Of a stretch of DNA of 29,868 nucleotides, positions 8,714 through 17,035 are shown piece after piece. The first letter of the stretch is position 1, and each line of letters starts with the position of its first letter. The DNA is from an uncultured Pirellulales bacterium. Its GTDB lineage: Bacteria; Planctomycetota; Phycisphaerae; Sedimentisphaerales; Anaerobacaceae. The stretch lies in assembly GCA_964623545.1 (NCBI GenBank), contig CAZUTR010000002.1, positions 1-29,868 of the forward strand, given 5' to 3'. The position numbers and the translations under genes are program-made. A model generated the notes under the pieces. The model worked only from the letters and a program-made list of their open reading frames with translations. It did no database searches and was not told the origin of the DNA.

Positions 8714-8978
8714 AAAAACAGGTCGCTGTAACTTGAGATACATTGTACACCCAAGCATGGCAGTCGGCTAAGTGTAGCGGAGATAGAACCCAGCATATTC
8801 ACCAGAAATTGTTTGTATCGACGAATACCAGATATCGAAACATTGCAACAAGAAGTAGAAGCATGGAACCGTAAACAAAATGCAAATCAGAAAACAGTGG
8901 ATTGACAATTTACAAACGAAGAAGTAAGAGTGAAGTCGAAAAGATTATATCCACAAATTCAAATGTTATTAGGTACTA
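8714..8978 (+). mobile_element. Decayed IS630-family element: 3' end of transposase plus right end
   Basis: Frame from 8732 reads LEIHCTPKHGSRLSVAEIEPSIFTRNCLYRRIPDIETLQQEVEAWNRKQNANQKTVD*QFTNEEVRVKSKRLYP. This matches the IS630 C-terminal consensus as recalled (HYTPKHGSWLN.AEIE...W.FT...AR.KLKRLYP). TGA at 8903-8905 replaces a Trp. Ends in GTACTAG (8973-8979); IS630 elements target TA/CTAG. Confidence 0.82.
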
Positions 8979-10462
8979 GCCTGAAGCTCAATACCTTGGC
9001 CAACTTTGCGGGCAGGGCCTGGACTACACTGCTGGCCTTTCTTTTCATTCCCATTTACATCAAAGTGCTGGGGATTGAATCGTGGGGATTGATTGGTTTC
9101 TTCACGACGCTCCTGGCAGTGCTCAACCTGCTCGATCTGGGGCTTAGCTCGACGCTGAACCGTGAACTGGCGCGTCTCTCGGCGGAACAGGATAAGGGGC
9201 GCGAGCAACGCGACCTGGTGCGCACACTCGAGATGATCTATTGGGTCGTTGCAATGTTGCTCGGTCTGCTTGTGCTGGCGGCTGCCCCTGTTATCGCTCG
9301 CTACTGGATAAACTCTCAGGAACTACCCGTTGGAACCGTTACCTCCGCTGTTCGCATGATGGCGCTGGTCTTCATTTTACGATTCCCAGTCGCTTTATAC
9401 CAAGGCGGCCTGATGGGATTGCAGCGACAGGTTCTTTTGAATGGGATTCTGGGCGGAATGGGCACATTACGAAGCGTGGGTGCCGTCGCCGTTTTATGGT
9501 GGATTTCGCCGACAATTCAGGCCTTTTTTATCTGGCAATTACTTGTCAGCGCCTTTCAGACCCTTGCGCTCAGGTCGTACCTTTGGAGGCTGTTGCCCCA
9601 CGATACAGTTCGACCGCGGTTTCAAAAGGAGTCTCTCTTGGGAGTCTGGCGTTTCGCCACCGGTATGGCCGGAATCGCGCTGGTTACGGTCTTTCTGACG
9701 AACCTGGATAAAGTGCTTCTCAGCAAGTTACTGACCCTGGAGAGATACGGTTACTACATGGTGGGCGCCTCGGCGGCAGGCGGCATCTATATTTTGGTAG
9801 CACCGTTTTATATCGCAGCATTCCCACGGTTTTCGCAAATGGTGGCGGCGGGAGAGCATGAGCAGGTTGCGAGACTTTACCACTTGCTGTGCCAAAGCGT
9901 TGCCGTTGTGGTTCTGCCGGTTGTCGCCGTTGTCTCAGTGTTTTCGCCCGAGGCGCTGATGATATGGACGAGGAATCCGGCGATAGTTGAAAACTCCCAC
10001 TTATTTGTTTCCCTGCTGGTTATTGGAACCGGGCTGAACGGCCTAATGAATATTCCATACGCTCTTCAGTTGGCTAGCGGATGGACGAAACTCGCTTTCT
10101 ATCAGAACGTTGTCTCGGTTAGCGTTGCTGTTCCCGCTCTTATTATCTTAACACGATTATACGGCGGCGTTGGCGCGGCCGTTATCTGGGTTGTGCTGAA
10201 TGCGTCATGGGTGCTGATTACTCCCCATATTATGCATCGCCGGTTATTTACAACGGAAAAGTGGCGATGGTATTTTGGAGATGTGGCAAAGCCCTTATTG
10301 GGGGTTGTTGTTGCAGCGGGCGTTGTTCGATTGCTCGTTCCTTTTGAGATGCTTGGTCTCTGGACGCAGTTTCTTATCTTGGGTACAACATGGGCCTTGG
10401 CCGTAGTGATGGCAGTTTCCCTTACGCCGAGCCTTCGGGGAGTATTATTCAAAAGCGCTTAA
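8963..10462 (+). CDS. wzx: Wzx O-unit flippase (MOP superfamily)
   Basis: Many TM segments; SLKLNTLANFAGRAW...IPIYIKVLGIESWGLIG, LDLGLSSTLNRE, NLDKVLLSKLL. Start uncertain (ATG 8963 or GTG 8930, both in IS-derived sequence). Confidence 0.9.
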   Translation: MLLGTSLKLNTLANFAGRAWTTLLAFLFIPIYIKVLGIESWGLIGFFTTLLAVLNLLDLGLSSTLNRELARLSAEQDKGREQRDLVRTLEMIYWVVAMLLGLLVLAAAPVIARYWINSQELPVGTVTSAVRMMALVFILRFPVALYQGGLMGLQRQVLLNGILGGMGTLRSVGAVAVLWWISPTIQAFFIWQLLVSAFQTLALRSYLWRLLPHDTVRPRFQKESLLGVWRFATGMAGIALVTVFLTNLDKVLLSKLLTLERYGYYMVGASAAGGIYILVAPFYIAAFPRFSQMVAAGEHEQVARLYHLLCQSVAVVVLPVVAVVSVFSPEALMIWTRNPAIVENSHLFVSLLVIGTGLNGLMNIPYALQLASGWTKLAFYQNVVSVSVAVPALIILTRLYGGVGAAVIWVVLNASWVLITPHIMHRRLFTTEKWRWYFGDVAKPLLGVVVAAGVVRLLVPFEMLGLWTQFLILGTTWALAVVMAVSLTPSLRGVLFKSA

Positions 10463-10646
10463 TTCATATACTCGACAGTCATGAGTTTACATCAGTCTGC
10501 TTTCTTGTTAGGGCCTTTGTTATTACGTGCTGTTTGCTTCTGTCGAATTAATTTCGTTATCCACCATGAAACCGGAACTTTGGCGACATAATTATTGATT
10601 ATTACGGTCGGCAGGTTTTGCTATTGAAGGTTAAAATTGTAAGAAC

Positions 10647-11861
10647 ATGGTCAAGTTTACAATAATTATCCCAACACGAGAACGCTGCGATACTCTGGAG
10701 AGTTCTCTTCAGACGTGTGTGAGGCAGGAGTATGACAATTTAGAGATTATCGTAAGTGATAATGACAGTGGGGATAACACTCGTGACGTGGTGGAGTCGT
10801 TTAGAGATAATCGGGTCAAATACGTGAATACGGGTGAAAGGCTCAGTATGTCGGCCAATTGGGAATTTGCACTGTCACAGGTTGACAGTGGCTACATTAT
10901 TTATCTTGGAGATGATGACGGCATGCTGCCTGAGGCTATCATAAGTTTGAATCGGATTATTGAGGACACGGGGACCGAGGCGGTCGGATGGCGGTCAGCT
11001 GAATACCATTGGCCCAGACATCCAGACAAAGCCGTGCGAAACATGCTCAATATACCTCTCGGGACATCTTTGGAAAAACGCGATTCCAAAGAAATGCTGA
11101 CTGATGTGATTAATATGAAGCGTTCTTACCGTGAGCTTCCTTTTTTGTATAAGGGGGCGGTGAGTTACGAACCCGTTAAGCGAATATCACTTGAATCAGG
11201 GCGTTTTTTTAACTCTTTAACTCCTGATGTATATTCGGGGATTGTTCTGGCAAGTGTCATCGACTCCTATTACTATTCCCAGAGTCCTTATTCAATTAAT
11301 GGAGCCTCTCATCACAGCGTCGGTACATCAGGTTTCAGCGTGGGTTCTGACAAGAAAGCGCTAAATAAATACCTGAGCGAAGACAATATTCCGTTTCACC
11401 CCAAGTTGGTTATGGTGCCGTCAGTGCCGATTTTGGTGGCTGAATGCATTTTGCAGGCGCATGAGCATGTTGCGGAGTCGCGGCAGTTTGCGGTTGACAT
11501 TAAACATGTAATGGAGACTGTGGCCAGGCAGACGGTGAATTTACGAGGCGAGCAGTATGAGGCTGTTATAGGTGCGATAAAAGAGATAGCGAGACTTAAC
11601 AATCTTGAAGGATGCTTATCAGAAATTATTGTGCCGCGCAGGCAGCGCTGTGACCAAGCTGTCAGGTCCATACCCGGGATCAATCCGCTCAGGAAAACTC
11701 TTCTGGTGGATTGTTCGCAATTCGGTGCATCCAATGTGTTCGAAGCCAGTTTACTTTGCAGACACCTGCTGGCCTTAAGAGGGATGAATTATTTTTCCTT
11801 GAGAGGCATTGCGAAAACGACGATTGGTTTGCTCAAAAGAGAGTTTATAAAGAGGTCGTAG
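10647..11861 (+). CDS. GT2 family glycosyltransferase with C-terminal extension
   Basis: FTIIIPTRER, IIVSDNDSGD, NWEFAL, YLGDDDG (DxD). Confidence 0.88.
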   Translation: MVKFTIIIPTRERCDTLESSLQTCVRQEYDNLEIIVSDNDSGDNTRDVVESFRDNRVKYVNTGERLSMSANWEFALSQVDSGYIIYLGDDDGMLPEAIISLNRIIEDTGTEAVGWRSAEYHWPRHPDKAVRNMLNIPLGTSLEKRDSKEMLTDVINMKRSYRELPFLYKGAVSYEPVKRISLESGRFFNSLTPDVYSGIVLASVIDSYYYSQSPYSINGASHHSVGTSGFSVGSDKKALNKYLSEDNIPFHPKLVMVPSVPILVAECILQAHEHVAESRQFAVDIKHVMETVARQTVNLRGEQYEAVIGAIKEIARLNNLEGCLSEIIVPRRQRCDQAVRSIPGINPLRKTLLVDCSQFGASNVFEASLLCRHLLALRGMNYFSLRGIAKTTIGLLKREFIKRS

Positions 11862-11868
11862 CGAGGGA

Positions 11869-12588
11869 ATGAAGGAACTCATTAGAAAGGTTGCACGGCG
11901 AATCGGAGTGGAGGTTACCATGTACCGGCCTGAAAATTCTGATATGGCCAAGCTGCAAAAAATGCTGTCATGTCATCAAATAGAGCTTGTGCTCGATGTG
12001 GGAGCCAATAAGGGTCAATATGCCCGGCAACTCAGGCTCGGGGGATACAAGGGCAGGATTGTGTCTTTTGAGCCACTTTCGAGCGCTCATAAAATACTTT
12101 TTCAGCGGAGTGACGGGGACAGCAACTGGGTCGTGGCGCCGCGAATGGCAATTGGCGATAAAGACGGAATTACGCAAATCAATATCTCTGAGAATTCGGT
12201 AAGCAGTTCGCTCAAGCTCATGACAAGGGCACACCTCGAAGCGGCGTCGGCAGCCCGTTACATCGGGACGGAGGAAATAACCATTTCGCGGCTGGACAGT
12301 GTTTGCCATGAGTATATAAATGGAGACAGCAGGGTGTTTTTGAAGATAGACACTCAGGGCTTTGAGCGACAGGTTCTGGAGGGCGCTGAGAAGACATTGC
12401 CTCTGATTGAGGGAATTCAGATAGAGCTTTCTCTGGTTCCCTTATATGAGGAGCAGTTGCTATTCGCAGAGATGATAAACAGACTGAATGCTTTGGGTTT
12501 TGAGCTATACGGACTTTTCCCTGGTCTGACGGATCCGCGGAAGGGGAGACTTCTTCAGGCCGATGGAATACTGTTTAGAAGTTTGTAA
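11869..12588 (+). CDS. FkbM-family methyltransferase (Rv2956-like sugar O-methyltransferase)
   Basis: VLDVGANKGQY, IVSFEP, FLKIDTQGFE, GIQIELSLVPLYE, DPRKGRLLQADGILFR. Confidence 0.88.
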   Translation: MKELIRKVARRIGVEVTMYRPENSDMAKLQKMLSCHQIELVLDVGANKGQYARQLRLGGYKGRIVSFEPLSSAHKILFQRSDGDSNWVVAPRMAIGDKDGITQINISENSVSSSLKLMTRAHLEAASAARYIGTEEITISRLDSVCHEYINGDSRVFLKIDTQGFERQVLEGAEKTLPLIEGIQIELSLVPLYEEQLLFAEMINRLNALGFELYGLFPGLTDPRKGRLLQADGILFRSL

Positions 12589-12599
12589 CCGCTTACCTG

Positions 12600-12738
12600 A
12601 AATCATCGATTACTGCGAAGGTTTGAACCGGCGATGTTTAGCGCAGAACGCTGGCATAGATTACTGGAGAGGCTTACTTGGGGACACCACGAGCAGCAGT
12701 TGCTGAACGTTTATAAACAGATTGTGGCAAGATTTTAA
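12600..12738 (+). pseudogene. Probable 3' remnant of a GT4 glycosyltransferase gene
   Basis: Two overlapping frames read ...RRCLAQNAG and LERLTWGHHEQQLLNVYKQIV* (TAA 12736-12738). Together they resemble the GT4 C-terminal helix pattern (G/A-R..V...L.WE....L...Y). No start or upstream body. Confidence 0.35.
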
Positions 12739-12763
12739 CACACATTTGGGTAATTAAGACAAG

Positions 12764-14209
12764 ATGATAAGGTTTGACCATTGGTCATTTTACTGGATAT
12801 TCTTTGTTGTTTTATTCTCATCGGCCGCTATTTTTAGACCCCGCATGTTCGCGCTGATATTGCCTTTGGTTTTTTTCTGGACGGCAAGAGCATTCTTTCT
12901 CATTGACTGGAGCGTTCTAAAATTAGTGCTTTTTCTGTTTCTAATCTCTATTGCTCTCAATGGTTTTCCCCGCCAGATTTCTTCATTACCGAATCGTAAG
13001 GCTTTAATCGTCTTTATTTTGCTTTTTGGGGCATGGTCCGTTTACGCAGCATTTCACGTTCCCGAGTCTGCACTAATAGGGGTTGTGCGTTCCGCTGTAC
13101 ATCGTCCTCCGCTAAGGGGTATAGTAAGAACCTTTTACTTTATGTCTTTTATTTTGGCCCTGCCCATTGCTTTTTGGGGAATACATGGGAAGGCGGATTT
13201 TTCAAAGGTTCTACGCATATTTTTTATAACGGCTTTGGTCGCAGCCATTGTCGGAGTAGTCGAGATGTTTGCCGTTAGATTTGTGCCCTCCCTTGACAAT
13301 CTTTGGCGTTTTTTCAATGTAGGCAATGTCGTTGAAATAGTTGGGGAGAAAAAAACGTTTACCAGTTGTAGGCCCTGCCCGTTCGTTTATGAACCTCGAT
13401 ATTTTGGATATGCTATGGGATTTACAGCCTGCCTGGCTTTTCTTTGTAGAATCTTCCCTGTTTCCGGTGTTCCAAAATGGGCTACCCGCATTCCTTTCAT
13501 AGGTACCTGTTTCCTTTTATCGCTCGCAAGCGCATCTGTCTCTGCAGTGGCCGGTGTCTTGTTTGGTTTTACTGCGATTACGGTTTGGCTTGTAGCTTGC
13601 AAAAGGATTGTTCAAAAACATAAGCTTAAGTACGTATTTTTCTTTATAATCCTGGTTTTAATTTTTTTGTTGAATACTCAATTATTACAGCATCGTTTAT
13701 ACGGTTATTTATTCAGTGCTGGACTGGCGGACGAATCCGGGCTAACCAAAAATGCATTTGAAAGTCAGCGGGGCATGCTCTCAACTAATGCATATCTATA
13801 TTGGTTTATCAACCAGCCTAAATATCTGTTAATTGGCTCAGGGTTCGGAAACGGCTGCTTTTATTGCTTCAAATTTCTTCCTTACTTTAGCGGCTGGCTG
13901 GAAGCAGGATTTTTGACTGCAAGGTTGCCAATCATTGACTTGATATCAGATATCGGAATCCTGGGGATGTTATTCTTGTTCGGTTTATGGATAAGGTGGT
14001 GGAGAAAAATAGGCACATTAAGCAAGCAGACCGAAGACGTCGAGAGTATGCATTGCCTGGAAATTATTTGTGGAATACTCCTTTTTTTAATCATAAGCGG
14101 ATTCTGGTTTGAAACGCATGTCTTGACATGGTTCTTTTTTGGAGTGGCACTTGCATTGACAGCAGCAAACAATCCAGAGGCCGACTATGATGACAACAAT
14201 CTTGGCTGA
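12764..14209 (+). CDS. wzy: Wzy O-unit polymerase (polytopic membrane protein)
   Basis: About 10-12 hydrophobic segments, periplasmic loops (PFVYEPRYFG; GSGFGN...IIDLISDIGILG typical of Wzy_C), low GC, position among the GTs. A ligase-type function is not excluded. Confidence 0.72.
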   Translation: MIRFDHWSFYWIFFVVLFSSAAIFRPRMFALILPLVFFWTARAFFLIDWSVLKLVLFLFLISIALNGFPRQISSLPNRKALIVFILLFGAWSVYAAFHVPESALIGVVRSAVHRPPLRGIVRTFYFMSFILALPIAFWGIHGKADFSKVLRIFFITALVAAIVGVVEMFAVRFVPSLDNLWRFFNVGNVVEIVGEKKTFTSCRPCPFVYEPRYFGYAMGFTACLAFLCRIFPVSGVPKWATRIPFIGTCFLLSLASASVSAVAGVLFGFTAITVWLVACKRIVQKHKLKYVFFFIILVLIFLLNTQLLQHRLYGYLFSAGLADESGLTKNAFESQRGMLSTNAYLYWFINQPKYLLIGSGFGNGCFYCFKFLPYFSGWLEAGFLTARLPIIDLISDIGILGMLFLFGLWIRWWRKIGTLSKQTEDVESMHCLEIICGILLFLIISGFWFETHVLTWFFFGVALALTAANNPEADYDDNNLG

Positions 14210-15074
14210 GTTACCGAGAATTACTATTGTTACGCCCTTATATAACGGTGGAAAATTTCTGCGCGAGACCATCGAATCGGTCATAAATCAAAATTATGCA
14301 AATTTTGAATACTATATCGTTGACGGCGCAAGCACCGATAGCAGTGTAGACATCATTCGCGAGTATGCACATAGAGTCGATTGGTGGATAACCGAGAAAG
14401 ACCATGGGCAGTCTGATGCGATAAATAAGGGTTTTGCAAGGGCCACCGGTGAGCTTTTTTGCTGGGTCAACAGCGATGATATCCTGTTTCCAGGCTGTCT
14501 TGAAGCGGTTGCCGAATGCTATCTCATTCAAAATCAGCCGGATATTATTCACACTAACGTCGCGTACATAGATGCAGAAACAAGGATAACGCGATTCATA
14601 CGTGTGCCGCGACAGAGCAGGTTTTTCTTTTTTCGAGGTGTATGGCATGGAGCTGCACCCAGCATCTTCTTTAAAACATCGCTTATGCAAGCTGTAGGAG
14701 GACTTGATAAGAATCTACATTTGTCAATGGATATAGACATCTGGATGAAGATGATGAAGGCCGGGGCCAGAGTGGCGCATATACCGGAATATCTCGGAGG
14801 TTTTCGTCAACATGAGACCTCAAAGACCGTAGTGTCGAAAAATTCAAGAAAGACGTGTGAGAACTCGGAAACAACCCGAATACTCAACGGGAATATTCAG
14901 GGTTCGACAATCCCCAGGCGAGAATTCTGGCGCAGAATATACAAGCTTTACCAGGTTTTGAACCTTAACTATTTACGGGCAGCCGGGGATTTGCGTAGAA
15001 TTTCAGACCCAATGTACCTGCGGCGGATGTTAGCTGAGAAGAGACCTTCATTCTGTGGGGAATCAGAAAGTTAG
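14187..15074 (+). CDS. GT2 family glycosyltransferase
   Basis: ITIVTPLYNG, IVDGASTD, GQSDAINKGF, WVNSDD, MDIDIW. Confidence 0.9.
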   Translation: MMTTILAELPRITIVTPLYNGGKFLRETIESVINQNYANFEYYIVDGASTDSSVDIIREYAHRVDWWITEKDHGQSDAINKGFARATGELFCWVNSDDILFPGCLEAVAECYLIQNQPDIIHTNVAYIDAETRITRFIRVPRQSRFFFFRGVWHGAAPSIFFKTSLMQAVGGLDKNLHLSMDIDIWMKMMKAGARVAHIPEYLGGFRQHETSKTVVSKNSRKTCENSETTRILNGNIQGSTIPRREFWRRIYKLYQVLNLNYLRAAGDLRRISDPMYLRRMLAEKRPSFCGESES

Positions 15075-15867
15075 GGTGGCGGTGAAAAAGTTTAAAATCA
15101 AGCGTCTCAAAGATGGTCGTGCAATGTTGAATTTGGCTTGCGGTTACAAAATTCATCCGGAATGGACCAACATCGATTTTTCTCCTTTGGTAAAACTTGC
15201 CAGGCATAAGAACTTGGCTGGGCTGTTGAAAAGGGTCGGCATACTTTCGGAAAAGCGCTATCAGAGAGTTTTGCGGGTTGATACGGAGACTATTTTGTGG
15301 GATTTGAGGAAGGGAATTCCGTTCGGTGACAAACTTTTTGATGTTGTATATCACTCTCACTTTCTTGAACATTTGGACAAGGATGCGGCTTATTTGTTTT
15401 TGAGGGAATGCTATAGGGTTCTTAAACCTTGCGGTGTCATCCGGGTGGTGGTGCCGGACCTTGAGATAAGATGCCGAAATTATTTGAATACATTGGAGGC
15501 GGCGGTTGGGGTAGAGGCGAATGAGGGCGATTTTTATTCTTCGCATGAGCAATCCATAAGGAGATTGGTGGGTCAGATGGTGCGGAATGAACCTGCCGGG
15601 ACTGCGGAGCAGCCGTTGCTTGTGCGAAAAATTGAAAGTTTTGTTCGTGGTGATACGGCAAAGGCGGGAGAAATTCATCGATGGATGTATGACAGTGTGA
15701 CTTTGAGACAGTTGCTTTTGAAGAGCGGATTTACGGACGTTTCTCTGGAATCTTACAGTTCCGGAAGAATCAAGGATTGGTTGTCATTCAATCTGGATTC
15801 TGATGATGGGGATTCTTACAAGCGTGATTCAATTTATATTGAAGGTGTAAGGGGAGCGGATTTGTGA
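15055..15867 (+). CDS. Class I SAM-dependent methyltransferase (Methyltransf_11-like)
   Basis: MLNLACG motif I, WDLRKGIPF, YHSHFLEHL, RVLKPCGVIRVVVPDL, HRWMYD. Start is GTG 15055 or ATG 15124. Confidence 0.8.
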   Translation: MGNQKVRVAVKKFKIKRLKDGRAMLNLACGYKIHPEWTNIDFSPLVKLARHKNLAGLLKRVGILSEKRYQRVLRVDTETILWDLRKGIPFGDKLFDVVYHSHFLEHLDKDAAYLFLRECYRVLKPCGVIRVVVPDLEIRCRNYLNTLEAAVGVEANEGDFYSSHEQSIRRLVGQMVRNEPAGTAEQPLLVRKIESFVRGDTAKAGEIHRWMYDSVTLRQLLLKSGFTDVSLESYSSGRIKDWLSFNLDSDDGDSYKRDSIYIEGVRGADL

Positions 15868-15943
15868 TTCTGACTGAACTTTTGAGCTTGGGTCTCGATG
15901 TGGTTGACTTGAGACAGGCAATACATTTTCCGGGAGGTCTGTT

Positions 15944-17035
15944 TTGCAGATTGCTTTTTTTGGTTTGAAGAACTCTTTCGATTTTTACCACATCGGGGGC
16001 ATGGACTCGCTGGCACGAAGGCTGGCGATAGGTTTAGCTGAGTTGGGAGACCAAGTTGAATTCGTGCATTATGGCGCTGGCCAGGAAAAGACCGAGCAGC
16101 ATCGTGGTGGTATAACCATTCACCATTTTAAGAAATTCAATGATGCTCTCAAGCATCTGGTCGCTTCTGAGTGCGACCATGTGGTGTCAATTTACCTGAG
16201 GCCACGCGACCGTCTCACTTATGCGCGTTTTCGTCGCACACACGGACGCTCAATAAGATTTCATTGTATTTATTCATGCTGGCACGAATTGCGTTTTAGG
16301 CGGGAGCTGTTTTTCGCTGAAGCGAGGCTGTTTCCTTTTAACGGAACGTTGTTCTGCGTTTCACCGCGCATTCACCGATACGTCTCTCAATGGGCTTCAC
16401 ATGCAGCATTGCTTCTGCCGCCGGTTCCGGAATCATACTTTTGCCGCCCCGAAGAGAAGAATAGCAATAATAAACTACGTTTGACCTATGCCGGTCGTGT
16501 CGACCCTGGTAAGGGAACCGAACGCGCGGTGGATGTATTTGAGCGTCTGGGAGCACGCAAGGACGTTGAAGCGCGCCTTTGTGGCTTCGCGTGGTCTCAC
16601 CGCAAAGAGACCGTCGAACTTCACGAACGACTTCTGGCCAATCCGAACATTCGCTACGAACCGGTGGAATACAAGAGCTGGTCGCCGGAAGTGGATGAAA
16701 ATTTTTGCCGCCTGCTGAAAGAGGCGGATATTTTGCTTCTGCCTTATGAAAAACTGAGCAGCACAATCGATACACCGCTTCTGCTACTCGAAGCAATGGC
16801 AAGCCTTTGTGCTGTTATCACTCCGCATTTGGGAGATCTGCACGCCACCTACGGTCCTAGCGAGTTTAATTTGAGCGAAGGCTGGAGCACGGATGCCGTG
16901 ATTGAGTTAATTCACCGCATGCGCGAAGGCCTTTTGGTCGAGCGTGAACGTCTTGCTCGAAGAAATCAGGCTCTTGTCTTTAACACCTCCGGCGCGGTGG
17001 AATTGTTTGGAGAACATCTTCGTGTTAGTAAATAG
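15944..17035 (+). CDS. Divergent GT4 (GT-B) glycosyltransferase
   Basis: GGAGGT at 15933-15938 before TTG. IGGMDS, LTYAGRVDPGKG, ADILLLP...LLLEAMAS. Confidence 0.8.
   Translation: MQIAFFGLKNSFDFYHIGGMDSLARRLAIGLAELGDQVEFVHYGAGQEKTEQHRGGITIHHFKKFNDALKHLVASECDHVVSIYLRPRDRLTYARFRRTHGRSIRFHCIYSCWHELRFRRELFFAEARLFPFNGTLFCVSPRIHRYVSQWASHAALLLPPVPESYFCRPEEKNSNNKLRLTYAGRVDPGKGTERAVDVFERLGARKDVEARLCGFAWSHRKETVELHERLLANPNIRYEPVEYKSWSPEVDENFCRLLKEADILLLPYEKLSSTIDTPLLLLEAMASLCAVITPHLGDLHATYGPSEFNLSEGWSTDAVIELIHRMREGLLVERERLARRNQALVFNTSGAVELFGEHLRVSK

Noticed and set aside
7890-8750. 286-aa minus-strand ORF
   Set aside because: Antisense shadow of the aminotransferase; no recognisable motifs.
10463-10646. 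Gap after wzx containing a 36-codon ATG ORF
   Set aside because: No RBS, motif or other support.
14965-15678. 237-aa minus-strand ORF
   Set aside because: Antisense to GT2 and methyltransferase genes that have clear motifs.
16944-17021. TTG 16944 as start of the NTase-kinase gene
   Set aside because: Would overlap the GT4 gene by 92 nt; GTG 17022 has a GGAG and only a short overlap.
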